Source of the DNA: Octopus sinensis
Taxonomy: Eukaryota
Direction of reading: 5' to 3'
DNA: 64,000 nt
NCBI RefSeq assembly: GCF_006345805.1
Contig: NC_042998.1
Location: 72,540,001 to 72,604,000, forward strand
In this document: positions 63,349 through 64,000 of the stretch, piece after piece
How the letters are laid out: each line of letters begins with the position of its first letter
How positions within the stretch are numbered: the first letter of the stretch is position 1
Notes under the pieces: generated by a model
Told to the model about the DNA's origin: nothing
What the model saw: the letters and a program-made list of their open reading frames with translations, nothing else
Database searches by the model: none
Made by a program: the position numbers and the translations under genes

Positions 63349-64000
63349 AATTTTCATCAAATTCGGATTGTTGTAAGTATGCAACATTAAAACATAAAAT
63401 CAATAATGAGACTAACACAAGTGTAATGATTTATAATTCAGCCACCAAACAGGAAATTTGAGCCGGGCCTGATTGAAGTCGTTTGTTATTGAAGGCAACG
63501 ATTTTCCCAAGTTTTCATCTATTGTGAATAGGTGGAAGGTAATTTCAACCCCGGTGTTACTTAGAGGAGAATCTAACTTTAATATATGCTTCCAATATTA
63601 TTTTGTGAGAGCTTTGTTGACTAGCTTTCTTTCGGCAAGTTTTATAGTATTACATTGCTCTACAAATTGGAACGCTACGTACAAAAATATACAACAGTTA
63701 CACGTATATTGTAAAAAGTTATATACACTCCCTCTGCTCCTGTACTTTCACAAGCAAACACAAACGCAAACACGTCACCAAAAATATTCCCGAAACATAT
63801 ATAGACTTTGAACAGATGGAGATAATTATGCGAGGATTAAAGAGACCATTCACTTCATCGAGGTTTAAAAATGGTTGAATGTAAATCCAACACATCCGTC
63901 ATAGTTACAGGTATTTTAAAATATACGCATACAAGGTTATCGATTTTTTCCTTATTATTCATGGAAACGAAGTTTCATTTGAATGTATCATTTTGGAAAA

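Noticed and set aside
1-64000. CRISPR array or prokaryotic operon
   Set aside because: No regularly spaced repeat-spacer structure, very low coding density and eukaryotic TE content throughout.

Overview
AT-rich, microsatellite-saturated eukaryotic DNA. The repeat repertoire points to a coleoid cephalopod, probably Octopus (inference). I can support no host protein-coding gene, true tRNA/rRNA gene or CRISPR array. The window is a transposable-element graveyard: three Tx1/L1-type LINE remnants, R4/Dong-clade RLE LINE pieces sitting in (TAA)n arrays, CR1 and RTE fragments, Penelope-like (PLE) RT/GIY-YIG fragments, five mariner relics, one non-autonomous Helitron and about 17 copies of five tRNA-derived SINE families (A-E, my labels). 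The most interesting signal is RNA-level: six hammerhead-ribozyme (HHR) motifs in five unrelated repeat families, plus a half-motif. All have the minimal type-I architecture with a palindromic stem III. Two identical, fully canonical HHRs sit back-to-back on opposite strands in a ~310-bp palindrome (17154-17466). A near-canonical one lies in a 539-bp unit with a terminal direct repeat (14431-15031). A decayed one appears to be the 3' module of a tRNA-headed SINE split by a young Dong insertion (41185-43040). All coordinates were read by eye, so element boundaries are approximate. No alignment, folding or database search was run.
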